Below are positions 1 to 13,900 of a stretch of 64,000 nt of DNA, piece after piece. This DNA comes from Antedon mediterranea. Lineage: Eukaryota; Animalia; Echinodermata. The stretch spans positions 26,099,648-26,163,647 of the forward strand of contig NC_092673.1 of the NCBI RefSeq assembly GCF_964355755.1, written 5' to 3'. Under the pieces are notes generated by a model that was not told where the DNA came from, searched no databases, and saw only the letters and a list, made by a program, of their open reading frames with translations. The position numbers and the translations under genes were made by a program. Position 1 is the stretch's first letter; the number at the start of each line of letters is the position of its first letter.

Positions 1-1306
1 GAAAGGAATATGAACCGAGGTAAATAAAGAATTGGAAAAAAGGAAAGGAATATGAACCGAGGTAAATAAAAAATTGGAAAAAAGGAAAGGAATATGAACC
101 GAGGTAAATAAAGAATTGGAAAAAAGGAAAGGAATATGAACCAAGGTAAATAAAGAATTGGAAAAAAGGAAAGGAATATGAACCGAGGTAAATAAAGAAT
201 TGGAAAAAAGGAAAGGAATATGAACCGAGGTAAATAAAGAATTGGAAAAAAGGAAAGGAATATGAACCGAGGTAAATAAAGAATTGGTAAAAATGAAAGG
301 AATATGAACCGAGGTAAATAATGAATTGGAAAAAAGGAAAGGAATATGAACCGAGGTAAATAAAGAATTGGAAAAAAGGAAAGGAATATGAACCGAGGGA
401 AATAAAGAATTGGAAAAAAGGAAAGGAATATGAACCAAGGTAAATAAAGAATTGGAAAAAAGGAAAGGAATATGAACCGAGGTAAATAAAGAATTGGAAA
501 AAAGGAAAGGAATATGAACCGAGGTAAATAAAGAATTGGAAAAAAGGAAAGGAATATGAACCGAGGTAAATAAAGAATTGGAAAAAAGGAAAGGAATATG
601 AACCGAGGTAAATAAAGAATTGGAAAAAAGGAAAGGAATATGAACCAAGGTAAATAAAGAATTGGAAAAAAGGAAAGGAATATGAACCGAGGTAAATAAA
701 GAATTGGAAAAAAGAAAAGGAATATGAACCGAGCTAAATAAAGAATTGGAAAAAGGGAAAGGAATATGAACCGAAGTAAATAAAGAATTGGAAAAAAGGA
801 AAGGAATATGAACCGAGGTAAATAAAGAATTGGATAAAAGGAAAGGAATATGAACCGAGGTAAATAAAGAATTGGAAAAAAGGAAAGGAATATGAACCGA
901 GGTAAATAAAGAATTGGAAAAAAGGAAAGGAATATGAACCGAGGTAAATAAAAAATTGGAAAAAAGGAAAGGAATATGAACCGAGGTAAATAAAGAATTG
1001 GAAAAAAGGAAAGGAATATGAACCAAGGTAAATAAAGAATTGGAAAAAAGGAAAGGAATATGAACCGAGGTAAATAAAGAATTGGAAAAAAGGAAAGGAA
1101 TATGAACCGAGGTAAATAAAGAATTGGAAAAAAGGAAAGGAATATGAACCGAGGTAAATAAAGAATTGGTAAAAATGAAAGGAATATGAACCGAGGTAAA
1201 TAATGAATTGGAAAAAAGGAAAGGAATATGAACCGAGGTAAATAAAGAATTGGAAAAAAGGAAAGGAATATGAACCGAGGGAAATAAAGAATTGGAAAAA
1301 AAGGAA
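1..1306. repeat. 42-bp minisatellite, about 31 units, open at the window start
   Basis: Unit GAAAGGAATATGAACCGAGGTAAATAAAGAATTGGAAAAAAG repeats with few variants. The 734..1309 ORF is its 14-aa periodic translation. Confidence 0.98.
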
Positions 1307-2099
1307 CATTCAAGATTAATGGTAGCTAGGCATACAGAAGTTTGTGCAATCTGTACAATTGACAGCTGTAATATAATTTTGAGTAACATGTATCAACAAC
1401 TTAACTTATAAAAATGTCACAAATTTTACTATTCATAAGATAACAGTTTAATGTTCTTCCTTATTAAAGAAATCTACTATACTGCCCTCAACAAAATAAA
1501 AAAGTTTGAATAACTGTAGAAGGCAGTTATGCAGCTTCTGAGAGCTGTGATAATTTCTAAAATAGCCAATAGAAATAGCTTGTATTGATATAAATGTTAA
1601 TAAAAAAGCAATCAATCAAAGCAGATATTACGAACAGAATGTCACCTTTAATTATAAACCAAAAAAAATCTTTGACATTTTAAAAAATGTTTTTATTGAT
1701 TAAGTAAATAATTGTTTAAATTTACTTTTATTAACTGTAATATTGTCAATCAGTCGTTTCTTAACTAAAAATTAATATTTATGGACATACTTTGTAGTAC
1801 ATGTATGGCTCCACGTCACAATCATTAGGTTTGCAGTGTTACCCAAGAAATGTTGAGATATAGGTCTATTTTTCACACATTAATATACAAACAACGAATG
1901 TTTATGAGTTATAGGGTAGAAAATGTTCATGCAATTGAAACTTAACTGAATAAAGGAGGTGGAATCAAATAAAATGTATTATTCTTAAGTACATTTTTAT
2001 TCAATTAATGTATCGCTTTTGTTGTATTTTTGATAATTGTTAATGTTAACTTTTTGTATCTATATATTTTAATGTACATATTTGTGTAAACATTTTGTA

Positions 2100-2172
2100 T
2101 AGGTTGAACCTCTTGTTACGATAGCGTTCCTCTCCTTTAAAGGAGAGTAACCAATAAGTATTCTTATTATTA
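2100..2172 (+). mobile_element. Possible CR1/L2-type LINE 3' tail (stem-loop plus ATT-type tail)
   Basis: Hairpin CTCTCCTTTAAAGGAGAG followed by AATAAG and TTATTATT. Confidence 0.35.
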
Positions 2173-2547
2173 TATCATTTTCCTTCTTAAATAGAATGTC
2201 ACAGGATAGGCCAGGCTAGCAACAAAGACAGCGCACTCTACGTGTGGTTTTTCCGTTGTGCAATATCCATGCCTACCACATCGCACAACAATCTCAACAT
2301 GTTTACAAAAACCTGGCGTCCATTATTACCTTTAACCATTATGAGAGATAACAGATAGCACATGATACAAAATCAGCTTTTCAAAAGGCAATGCTACAAA
2401 AAAACAAATTTTACAGACACGACCAGTTATGCATATGTCGCTAGTTGTTTGTTTATAACCCATCAACCTTATACCAAACATGATAGGAATTTTGTAAAAT
2501 TAATTTTCTCAATTCATTACACTGTTCATGTGTAACAAATTAATGTA

Positions 2548-3182
2548 ACTAGAAGGCCACTCCGAGAGTGCATACCTCCGCCTACTGTAAAATTCTCCTA
2601 CATAAGATTTCTCCGGTAAAAAAAAAAATATATATATATATATTTGTGTGTGTCTTAATGCTGTTTGTGATTTAGGCTAATTTCACTACAAGCATGTGTA
2701 TGCGAGTTTGGTGTAATGGTTATGTAACCAGCCTTTCAATTAAACAATAGCTTCAGTTGACTAACAATAGAACAGCAACGCGAAAATCAAACGAGTGAAT
2801 TTGAAAAGAAAATAGGTTTTTTAAACTACTGGCATAAAAAAATGTGCACATTAAATCAAATTATGTTTTAAAATTACAAATCACAAATTATAACTCTTGC
2901 CTCTTTTTTTGGACAACTAGTTCTCGAGAAAATGCAATTTCAGTATACTTGTTTACTTTAAGACTTCTGTCCTATCTTTTAACACTAGCAGGTCTAAAAA
3001 GTATACTAAAAAGTGGTCCAGAATTGGGACAATGGTCCCAAAATTTAATGGAATGGTCCTTGACCACATATCTATCTGTATATTCATTTTGGTAAAGATC
3101 TTGTAATTACTTTTTGAGTAATCCTGCTAACAAACAAACAAACACACGCTACCGATTACATATACCTCCTTGGCGGAGGTAA
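2548..3182 (-). mobile_element. Helentron-associated non-autonomous element (HINE/DINE-1-like)
   Basis: Subterminal inverted repeat ACCTCCGCC (~2574) / GGCGGAGGT (~3172), terminal palindrome ACCTCCTTGGCGGAGGT, and an (AAAC)n microsatellite at ~3129-3143. Confidence 0.65.
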
Positions 3183-6100
3183 ATGATAGTAAAAGATTAT
3201 TTAATAGCAATATTTTGATATGCAAAAATTATACTCTACCGATTTATGCCTTAAAAATTCTGGCTGATTTTTCATATAGGATTTGAAATAAACAAACCTA
3301 GATAAAATTTATTACAATACTCTGAAGATCTATTAAGTGACTAATGAACGTGATTTACCAATGCTTTGACGTCAACAGTAATTCTCATATGAGTTACTTC
3401 ATATTTTTGCCGTTGTCTATCCGTCATCAACAAAATAACTGACCTTTCCTTCTGGGTTTATAATAATAGAAAAAAATGTAATAATAATTGCTGAAAATAC
3501 CGCAATAAAATCAAAAATTTCTCTCACTGATGCGAAAATGCAGTCTAGCCATTTCAAGAGAGTATTCACATTTCACTATTACATACAATAGTTTACTAAA
3601 ATCACTGAAAATACAATTTATACAAAAAAATACAGAATACATAATTTGTACAGAAACTTAATTAAATGTAGATTATTTTTTTGCTTTTTTGCCATCCCAA
3701 AAATATTAGTACTGGACAGCGTCGTCATTATAACAGTGATACGAAAAAGTGATTTGAAACCTGTATTTCGATATGCAGATACCAGATTAGTCCATTGAGC
3801 TATTCCAAGTCACAATTATTTTTTAATGCAACCAAATTAGCCTGACAAGTCATTAATTATTTTATTGTGTGCAAGCATAAATGAAATGATATCGCATTTT
3901 GTTGAATAGTATTGCTTTGGGCATAATCCTCAGTCATACCGACAGTATAGGCCATATACAAATTTGCGTAAAGAATAGACCCAAAACAGTAGCCACAAGT
4001 ATGGTTTGTAAGGTTTCAAGCTGACCACTTTTTCACAGAGGTCTTTGACAACCCAGTGGATTGAACAGATTGTTCCATTTCTCGTGGCTACATCACTGCA
4101 AAAATGTAGAATTATAAATCAATTTATTGTTTAATTGTATTCTCTATATGGACACTTTCATATACTAAGTGTTGTAGTTTATTTCTAATTAATTTTATTG
4201 GGTAACGTGTCGTCGTTTGTAATTGTGTATACTATTTACCAAAATTGATACTTATGAACGATAAATTTTTCCACCTTCAGGATACCGCAGAAGCAATGAT
4301 AAGAATAATGAGGAAATGCTGCCCTCTATTGGTAGAATCACCCATCTCAAATTTTTACTACACCATACTCCTCTTAAACACATATTGGAGTCATTTTTTA
4401 GTAATAATGGTAAGGTAGTGTGTCAATGTGAATCATTTTTCATCAGCTTATATTTCACGAGTACACATGCCAATTTTTACTTCCCTCATAAACGGATACA
4501 CCAACAAGAAAGATTTTGAATTTCTTGTAGGCCATCAACTATTACAATGTTCAATTAAATAAAAATACATTTCAGGAATAATAGGCAATAATAATAGCAT
4601 AAACATATTACATTATGTACAATGTTTTGACCCATTTATACAAATACATTTATATGAAAACGATTGGTTTGAATGCAAGGCAATAAAACCATCGTTTCGC
4701 AACAAATAAAAACCTTTTTGATGTTTGCCGATGCCTCTTAAAAACTGTAGATTTCAACCAGCAGAAAATCAGGGAAACGCATTACAGTTTCTGTATTTTC
4801 AAGGTCCTCATATTCATGGATGAATGAAATTACCTACTATAAAGACATTTATTTTTGAACACCCTTAATTTCCAAAGTACATTTAAATAAGTAATTTAAT
4901 CCACACAAAATTCTGCAGGATTTATTTTCAGCATTTTCGAACAATGATTATTTGTTGTTATGTTGTAGCAGAGTGCTGGCACTACAACCATTTGAATCGT
5001 CGGGAGAGACGCATGATTTATTTACTACATACTCATGTATAACCAAGTATAGTTTTACACTCTTGAATAATGACATAGCAAAGTGCATTGTTTGTCAATT
5101 GACCATAGATAAACTTTTGATCCTTTGGCATTACAGTTCTATTAAGTTGTGTTTTTAGTCACTGTAAGTCCGTAAACTACTGTAATAATTATCGTGTTGA
5201 ACCAGGATGTGGCTTACAACACGAAATGTCAAAGTGATAGTAAAAACATTTAAATAACACGCTAGATAGAAGAAGTTTCTAGGAGTGTAAACGCTTAAAT
5301 TAAAGGCTAAAGAAGGTAGATTTTAATACACAAAAAATGATTTCACATACCTTTGTTTCAGGATAGGAAAAAGCATGAAAAAAAGAAAAGAATTATGTTA
5401 TTGAAATATGCTTCCATTATTTTTATTACATTAATACATTATATATTAAAAAATCTATCTACAAAGTACATGGGTGTTTTGTTAAACCAAGGTTTTATGA
5501 AGATAACAACTTAAAAATATTAAAATTACACTTGTAATCAATGCTTATTTAACAGCTAAAGGTTCTCAATTTTTCATATCATATTACAACACACACACAC
5601 AGCAAAATCATCATACCACATGGCATCTCCTATACTTCTTCTTTCCAAATTAGGAACTCCCACTATAGAGTATCACTCAATTTATGAAACCCTAGATCGG
5701 CCAGGAGAATGCCAATCAGAAAACCAAGATCCTTACAAACTAAATCAGTCGATATAATACACGTTTAACGTTACGTTTAACATTATCAAATACATAATGC
5801 CTATACAGGGTTCATTTAATGTCGGTCTTTAATGCTCAAATTAACCAGTGTGCAATATCAAATGGCAAGTCTACATAAAGGTATAGTCTAACGTACTTAG
5901 CAATACACTTGAGACTTGTTTAGTAGTGGGTATCAGTATGACAAATATCACAAACTAAACTAGACAGCTGGACAACTTAAAATGAATATTGATTTATTTA
6001 TATCTCTAATAAAAAATGTAACTTCAGACACTGAAGACATGGAAAGGAGTACAGGTCCAATTTGTCAAGAGTAAAAAGTGACCATGATGTTTGCTAATAG

Positions 6101-6787
6101 GATATTTCCCATACATATACCATTGACCACTGGGTAAATACAAAATGCTTTTTTTTCTTAACGGCAGCAAAGAGAAATTCAAACGACATTTGAATGATTT
6201 TACAGCAGGGTAAAAGCTTTGATTCCCAATTCCCTCTATAAAAAGAGTTTTCACATGAAGATCTGCTGAAGACTTTGATTAGAAAAACAAAAACATCCAT
6301 TCTTTAACAGATATTATATAAACACCTAAATTAAAAATTTCATTTGTAAACACCACCGCGAGATATGCAACAGCAGCAGATATTGGTGTACGATTTGGAC
6401 ATATACACTGTATGTACTAATTTCATAAAAAAGAAGAAAAGAGAGAAAAGAAAAACCATAATTAGCCTAGATAAGTTCCAATTGTCTGTCGAAGTTTTGC
6501 CTTTCAGCCAAGCTAGTACTAGGCTACTAGGTCTAGCCTAGGCCATGCTAGTATTAGGCCTAGTCTAGGCGTTTTAGCCTTGCTAGGCCTAAGATTGTTT
6601 GTTGACATAATTAACACTAAAGTAGGGGTGTTAATAAAATCCATATAAATATAACATTTAATATAATATTAAAAACCAAATGATACTGTTTTTAATGAAT
6701 GTGAATGAAATGTAGGCCTTTGGCTAGGGCTACCTTACCTTATTTGATTTATTCAAATGACAGGAATCTATTCAGATGTTATATAAA

Positions 6788-6953
6788 ACAAATAATGAAT
6801 GTTTTATATTTGTATAATGGTACAAATAATGGCATTTGGTGAATGATGAAAGGTTAATATCAACTCGGCTGTCGCTTCGTTGATATATAACCTTTCATCA
6901 TTCACCTCATGCCATTATTTGTACCATTACACTCATAAACATTCATTATTTGT
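6788..6953. mobile_element. Foldback (palindromic) non-autonomous element
   Basis: Arms of about 75 bp (ACAAATAATGAATGTTT...GAATGATGAAAGGTTA / TAACCTTTCATCATTC...AAACATTCATTATTTGT) around a short CTCGGCTGTCGCTTC loop. Confidence 0.8.
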
Positions 6954-7163
6954 ATACTATTTCAAATATATATTCATTTTAGATTAAATCTATCAAAATC
7001 AACAATCTAAAAACCATAAAATACATGTTTGCATAAGCAAAGCATTTAACAAGGTAATTGATATTGTCTAGTTTTTCAATTGTCTATACTACCTGTACAT
7101 TCACTAAAATTCTGTAGTTGATTTAATTTCGTATTCAGATATCATTTACAATTAAGTTTAAAC

Positions 7164-7516
7164 TACTAGTTAATATAGAGTTATATATACAAGATTATTC
7201 TTAAACCAACAATTTCTCTGTAATGGGTTTATTTATATAAGATACAATTGTCAAAACCCTAGAAATTCAAGAACTGACAAATGGAACATGGATTTTTCAG
7301 ATAAAGGGATCAACCTCTAGGTATTGATATATCATATAGGTCTGCTTTAAAATACTAGTTAATATAGAGTTAAAGCTTAGGTTTATATACAAGATTATTT
7401 TTAAACCAACAATTTCTCTGTAATGGGTTTATATAAGACATAATTGTCAAAACCCTAGAAATTCAAGAACTGGCAAATGGAACATAAATTTTTCAGATAA
7501 GGGCTCAACCGCTAGG
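7164..7516. repeat. Two-copy tandem duplication, about 189-bp period
   Basis: TACTAGTTAATATAGAGTTA...CAAAACCCTAGAAATTCAAGAACTG...TCAACC occurs at 7164 and 7353. Confidence 0.9.
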
Positions 7517-8485
7517 TGAATTAAATCATATTTTCTTCAAAAGTGGTATGAGTGGCTCTGAAATAAGTGGGCAGTAGAATAATTGGTGTAATAAAATGTA
7601 ATAATTGGTTGGCACTGTGGTAAAGTTAGTATTTTATTTTAACCTCTGAGACACAACACAATTTCCAGTACTATAGCATGGTATTGGCAAAGTATTGGAA
7701 GAAAAAAAAAACAGTCAAAGATGTATTTAATAAATAGAAATAGAGAAGAGAGGCATTTGAAATAAGACATTTTTGTAAAGTAACGCATTTGTAAAGGATC
7801 ATTTTATTCCATCATGCAGATTCAAAGACTGTTTTATAAAAGTTTATAAGTTATATAATGTGTGCAATGCTTTAATACACTAAGTGTCCCTTTTGAATAT
7901 TTTTTTGAGTTCCGCAAACATTTATTCGACTTTTATAGCCATAATTAGAACGTGTGCAGAATGTAAAAGTCATAATCGCATTAAACACAGAAAGAATGAA
8001 TCTAAATCGACTATTTTGCATGCACACAATGTGAAGACATAATGGTAATGTTTAATTGCCAATTATTCGGATACATTTCAAATTGCGGTTGGGTTTGTAA
8101 AATGCAATGTAATATTTCATTGCAAGATTTGTTATATACAACCAGTAATTTCTTTAAGTAATATAATGAGTTAGAGAATACTATATACAATTTAGAGATA
8201 GAGAATACTGTATACAATTTGAGGATGTTAAAGAATATTGGGGACGATAAAAATTACTATATACAATTTGGGGAAGAGTACACAGTATTTGTACAATTGA
8301 TAAGGGATAGCATGCTACAATACTGTATTCAATTTAAGGAGACAGTACAGAATGATGTATACTGTACACACACTACAGTGGTACGAAAAGAAATGATGAC
8401 GCTACTAGGTGGGATGGCTACCTCTTGATGTAGGTGTGGTTGCGGATGATACCATTATCTGATAGGGATGCAACAACACAAATCT

Positions 8486-9389
8486 ATTACTAGATTAATA
8501 ATGTATACAACACCAATTAAACTGTACCAAATACTGTATTCAACAGCTGAATACTGTATAAACATCACAGAATGATATCTATATATAAATTTACGTAAGG
8601 GCAAAAATCGGTAATCGCGCGTTATTTCTAGAATGTTTACTCGATGGCATATGAAGTTGGTTCGTACTTTTGGTACTGATTTTAACCACCTGATGTAACC
8701 CTGTTTACTAATTAAATTGTGTTCGGTAATTAGTTATTGACGATTAAAACAAATTTAGGTTCAACGATTTGCCCCAAATAGGGTGTTTTCCGATCGTGGT
8801 ATACACTGTCTAATGGATGTCAATTTGAAAAATACCCGCACACAATAATACGAGGACGCTTCGCATTTTCCTATCTCCTCCTACGATAATTGTTTTTAAT
8901 AGCTGAAAACCGGTTGAACAGTTCGTGTACAGCATCATAATGTTGAAGACAGGCCGATTTTCTTTAAAAAAATGCTATTTTGATACATTTAATATAAGTT
9001 TATAAAAATGTATTGATTTGCAATGAATGGAACATTCCAAATTATTTGGTTTAACTATGGATGCATACCTCCGTGGTTTAACACGTCCAAGTAGGTAAAT
9101 TTATGGGCCCATGGAGAATAAACATAAATAGTATTTGAATTGAAAATTTCTTATAGTGAGTGTACAGTAGGTACTGTTAGATATAATATAAACAAATATA
9201 CTAATAAACTTTTTTACTGTGAGTGTGGGTAGCCCCTACTTTTAGATTATAAACACATAATAATAAAATACTTCATTACTGACAGTTGCTTTTCAACGTT
9301 TGTAAATTACTAGATTAATAATGTATACAACACCAATTATACTGTACCAAATACTGTATTCAACAGCTCAATACTGTATAAACATTACA
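8486..9389. repeat. Direct repeat pair of about 84 bp (8486-8569 and 9306-9389)
   Basis: ATTACTAGATTAATAATGTATACAACACCAATTA...AATACTGTATAAACAT.ACA occurs twice, 820 bp apart, with about 3 mismatches. Confidence 0.92.
8578..9240 (+). mobile_element. Possible non-autonomous Helitron
   Basis: Start A|TCTATATATA, CpG-richer body, degenerate 3' end GTGGGTAGCCCCTACT. No TIRs seen. Confidence 0.4.
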
Positions 9390-10962
9390 AGGCACTAAAG
9401 AAATAAAGTACAGAATAATGTATTTTTAGGTAAAAAATCCAAAATGCATTAATTTACATTCTGCAGTAAACGTTCACATTATCATTAGTAATAAGAGTAT
9501 CATTATATTTTGCACTATATTCACATTAGTAACTAATGCGTTCTAATATTCAGATTCAAGTCTCTAGATAAAAGATGAAAGAAATAAGATATTAATAAAT
9601 CATTAGAGCCATTAGAATTGGAACTGTACCAAATGTTTTTCTCATTAATATTAATTTATCTTATTAGTTTACAAATTAAGTTTGAGGTCTTCAACCGTCA
9701 TATCCGGGAAGAAGACGACTTAGGGTTTACTTCATCGTCATTTGGTTTAAATTTGTTGCGACTTTATATATATCATCATGATACACTATATTTAATTTAA
9801 ATCTCAACACAGAGTACATGAATTACAAATATAGGATCCGATTAAAAACGTGTACACTGTGAGAATTGGCATAAGAGTTCTTTCGCATCTTACAACATCA
9901 AATAAGACAAACTAATAATATAAATGTAAACAGTACAGCAAGCACGAAAGAAATACATAAATAACAAAGATACCAATGTCCTTCCGCCCAAGTGACAGGG
10001 AAAAGGTAAAGAGAAGATAAACATTGGAATGGTACAGAAGCTTTTAATGTCAAAATCCTACGCAGGAATTATAGGTTGTGAATAATTTCAAACCTGAGAA
10101 CATAGTTGCGGATATATTGGGCGGTTAACAGTAAGAGGAGAATCTATGAACGCAATCCATGCAAAAACAGTGGTTAGATTTATAATTTATTTTTATTTTT
10201 TTAATTATTTTATAATTTAGGAGTAACCATTTTTGTTATTAGAAAATTTGTTTTAAAATATGAATGTTCCACAACAAAAACAATGTTTGCACTATGGTCA
10301 CAGCTTGTAAAAACAAGAATTTGCATATAATTATACATAATTAAATTCTAAAATATATGCAAATTCATTTTAATAAATAAATTACAATATTTATATATAG
10401 CATATGTTGAGATGTCAAAATGATAAAAAGATCAAAATGTTGATGGTGTATAAATTAACATAACAATTTCATTTTTATGATGCTTAATATGAATACATTA
10501 TATTTCAAATCTACAATAATATAAAAATATAAATACAAACAATAACAGTATCATAAACATATCAATCATTATTAAGGTAGTTTGAAATTGACGAGCAAAA
10601 AAGTTAAAGCATATCAACAACATTAAATAGTGAATGACATTTTTACAAAGAACATTGAGAATAAACATCTGCGGATAGCAATCAAAATGTTTATATGAAT
10701 TAACATTTTTTAATTAAGTGGAGAGCATTGGGTTTGCTGAGAATTGAAAGGTTATCAACATGATGTGACAGACTAGTCAAAAGACAGTTACGATATTCTC
10801 TATTGACTGATGTTTGAAGCAGGTGATGAAATTAAAAAGGGGACATGTATGTTTTGATAAAGAATGGCAGATCTTTTGAATCTCCAGGATTGTAGCACGA
10901 GTGTGATGTCTCCATGAAGCTGGGGTCAAAGGATTAACCCTGCATCACAAGGGTACAAATAT

Positions 10963-13900
10963 AAATCCAAAGGCAAATTACTGAAAAAATTACAATGCTG
11001 TGAGTATCAATGGCTGAATCTCAATAGATATACAAAATAAAATAAGCACTGAAAAAATGACAATGCTGTATCAGTGGCTGGATCTCAATGGAGATACAAA
11101 TAAAATAAGCACTGAAAAAATGACAATGATGTGGGTATCAGTTGCTGGATCTCAATGGAGATACAAATAAAATAAGCACTGAAAAAATGACAATGCTGTG
11201 GGTATCAGTGGCTGGATCTCAATGGAGATACAAATAAAATAATCACTGACAAAATGACAATGCTGTGGGTATCAGTGGCTGGATATCAATGGAGATACAA
11301 AATAAAATAAGCACTGAAAAAATGACAATGCTGTGGGTATCAGTGGCTGGATCTCAATGGAGATACAAAATAAAATAAGCACTAAAAAAATGACAATGCT
11401 GTGGGTATCAATAGCTGGATATCAATGGAGATACAAATTAGATAAGCACTGAAAAAATGACAATGCTGTGGGTATCAATAGCTGGATATCAATGGAGATA
11501 CAAATTAGATAAGCACTGAATAAATGACAATGCTGTGGGTATCAGTGGCTGGATCTCAATGGAGATACAAAATAAAATAAGCACTGAAAAAATGACAATG
11601 CTGTGGGTATCAATAGCTGGATATCAATGGAGATACAAATTAGATAAGCACTGACAAAATGACAATGCTGTGGGTATCAGTGGCTGGATCTCAATGGAGA
11701 TACAAAATAAAATAATCACTGACAAAATGACAATGCTGTGGGTATCAGTGGCTGGATCTCAATGGAGATACAAATAAAATAATCACTGACAAAATGACAA
11801 TGCTGTGGGTATCAGTGGCTGGATATCAATGGAGATACAAAATAAAATAAGCACTGAAAAAATGACAATGCTGTGGGTATCAATAGCTGGATATCAATGA
11901 AGATACAAATTAGATAAGCACTGAAAAAATGACAATGCTGTGGGTATTGGTGGCTGGATATCAATGGAGATACAAATAAGATAATCACTGACAAAATGAC
12001 AATGCTGTGGGTATCAGTGGCTGGATCTCAATGGAGATACAAAATAAAATAAGCACTGAAAAAATGACAATGCTGTGGGTATCAATGGCTGGATATCAAT
12101 GGAGATACAAATAAGATAAGCACTGACAAAATGACAATGCTGTGGGTATCAGTGGCTGGATCTCAATGGACATACAAATAAAATAATCACTGACAAAATG
12201 ACAATGCTGTGGGTATCAATGGCTGGATCTCAATGGAGATACAAAATAAAATAAGCACTGACAAAATGACAATGCTGTGGGTATCGGTGGCTGGATCTCA
12301 ATGGAGATACAAAATAAAATAATCACTGACAAAATGACAATGCTGTGGGTATCAGTGGCTGGATCTCAATGGAGATACAAATAAAATAATCACTGACACA
12401 ATGACAATGCTGTGGGTATCAATGGCTGGATATCAATGGAGATACAAATAAGATAAGCACTGACAAAATGACAATGCTGTGGGTATCAGTGGCTGGATCT
12501 CAATGGACATACAAATAAAATAATCACTGACAAAATGACAATGCTGTGGGTATCAATGGCTGGATCTCAATGGAGATACAAAATAAAATAAGCACTGACA
12601 AAATGACAATGCTGTGGGTATCAGTGGCTGGATCTCAATGGAGATACAAATAAGATAAGCACTGACAAAATGACAATGCTGTGGGTATTGGTGGCTGGAT
12701 ATCAATGGAGATACAAATAAGATAAGCACTGACAAAATGACAATGCTGTGGGTATCAGTGGCTGGATCTCAATGGAGATACAAAATAAAATAAGCACTGA
12801 AAAAATGACAATGCTGTGGGTATCAGTGGCTGGATCTCAATGGAGATACAAATAAAATAATCACTGACAAAATGACAATGCTGTGGGTATCAGTGGCTGG
12901 ATCTCAATAGAGATACAAAATAAAATAAGCACTGAAAAAATGACAATGCTGTGGGTATCAATGGCTGGATATCAATGGAGATACAAATAAGATAAGCACT
13001 GACAAAATGACAATGCTGTGGGTATCAGTGGCTGGATCTCAATGGAGATACAAATAAAATAAGCACTGACAAAATGACAATGCTGTGGGTATCAGTGGCT
13101 GGATATCAATGGAGATACAAATAAGATAAGCACTGACAAAATGACAATGCTGTGGGTATCAGTGGCTGGATCTCAATGGACATACAAATAAAATAATCAC
13201 TGACAAAATGACAATGCTGTGGGTATCAATGGCTGGATCTCAATGGAGATACAAAATAAAATAAGCACTGAAAAAATGACAATGTTGTGGGTATCAGTGG
13301 CTGGATCTCAATGGAGATACAAATAAAATAATCACTGACAAAATGACAATGCTGTGGGTATCAATGGCTGGATATCAATGGAGATACAAATAAGATAAGC
13401 ACTGACAAAATGACAATGCTGTGGGTATCAGTGGCTGGATCTCAATGGACATACAAATAAAATAATCACTGACAAAATGACAAGGCTGTGGGTATCAATG
13501 GCTGGATCTCAATGGAGATACAAAATAAAATAAGCACTGACAAAATGACAATGCTGTGGGTATCAGTGGCTGGATCTCAATGGAGATACAAATAAGATAA
13601 GCACTGACAAAATGACAATGCTGTGGGTATTGGTGGCTGGATATCAATGGAGATACAAATAAGATAAGTACTGACAAAATGACAATGCTGTGGGTATCAG
13701 TGGCTGGATCTCAATGGAGATACAAAATAAAATAAGCACTGAAAAAATGACAATGCTGTGGGTATCAGTGGCTGGATCTCAATGGAGATACAAATAAAAT
13801 AATCACTGACAAAATGACAATGCTGTGGGTATCAGTGGCTGGATCTCAATGGAGATACAAAATAAAATAAGCACTGAAAAAATGACAATGCTGTGGGTAT

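Noticed and set aside
734-1309. 191-aa F/Y/S-rich ORF
   Set aside because: It is the stop-free translation of the 42-bp satellite, with no unique coding sequence.
6024-6470. Coding-looking stretch and a strong minus-strand pyrimidine tract with TAG at 6417-6419
   Set aside because: No recognisable domain, stops in all extended frames, and no convincing donor; cannot be assigned.
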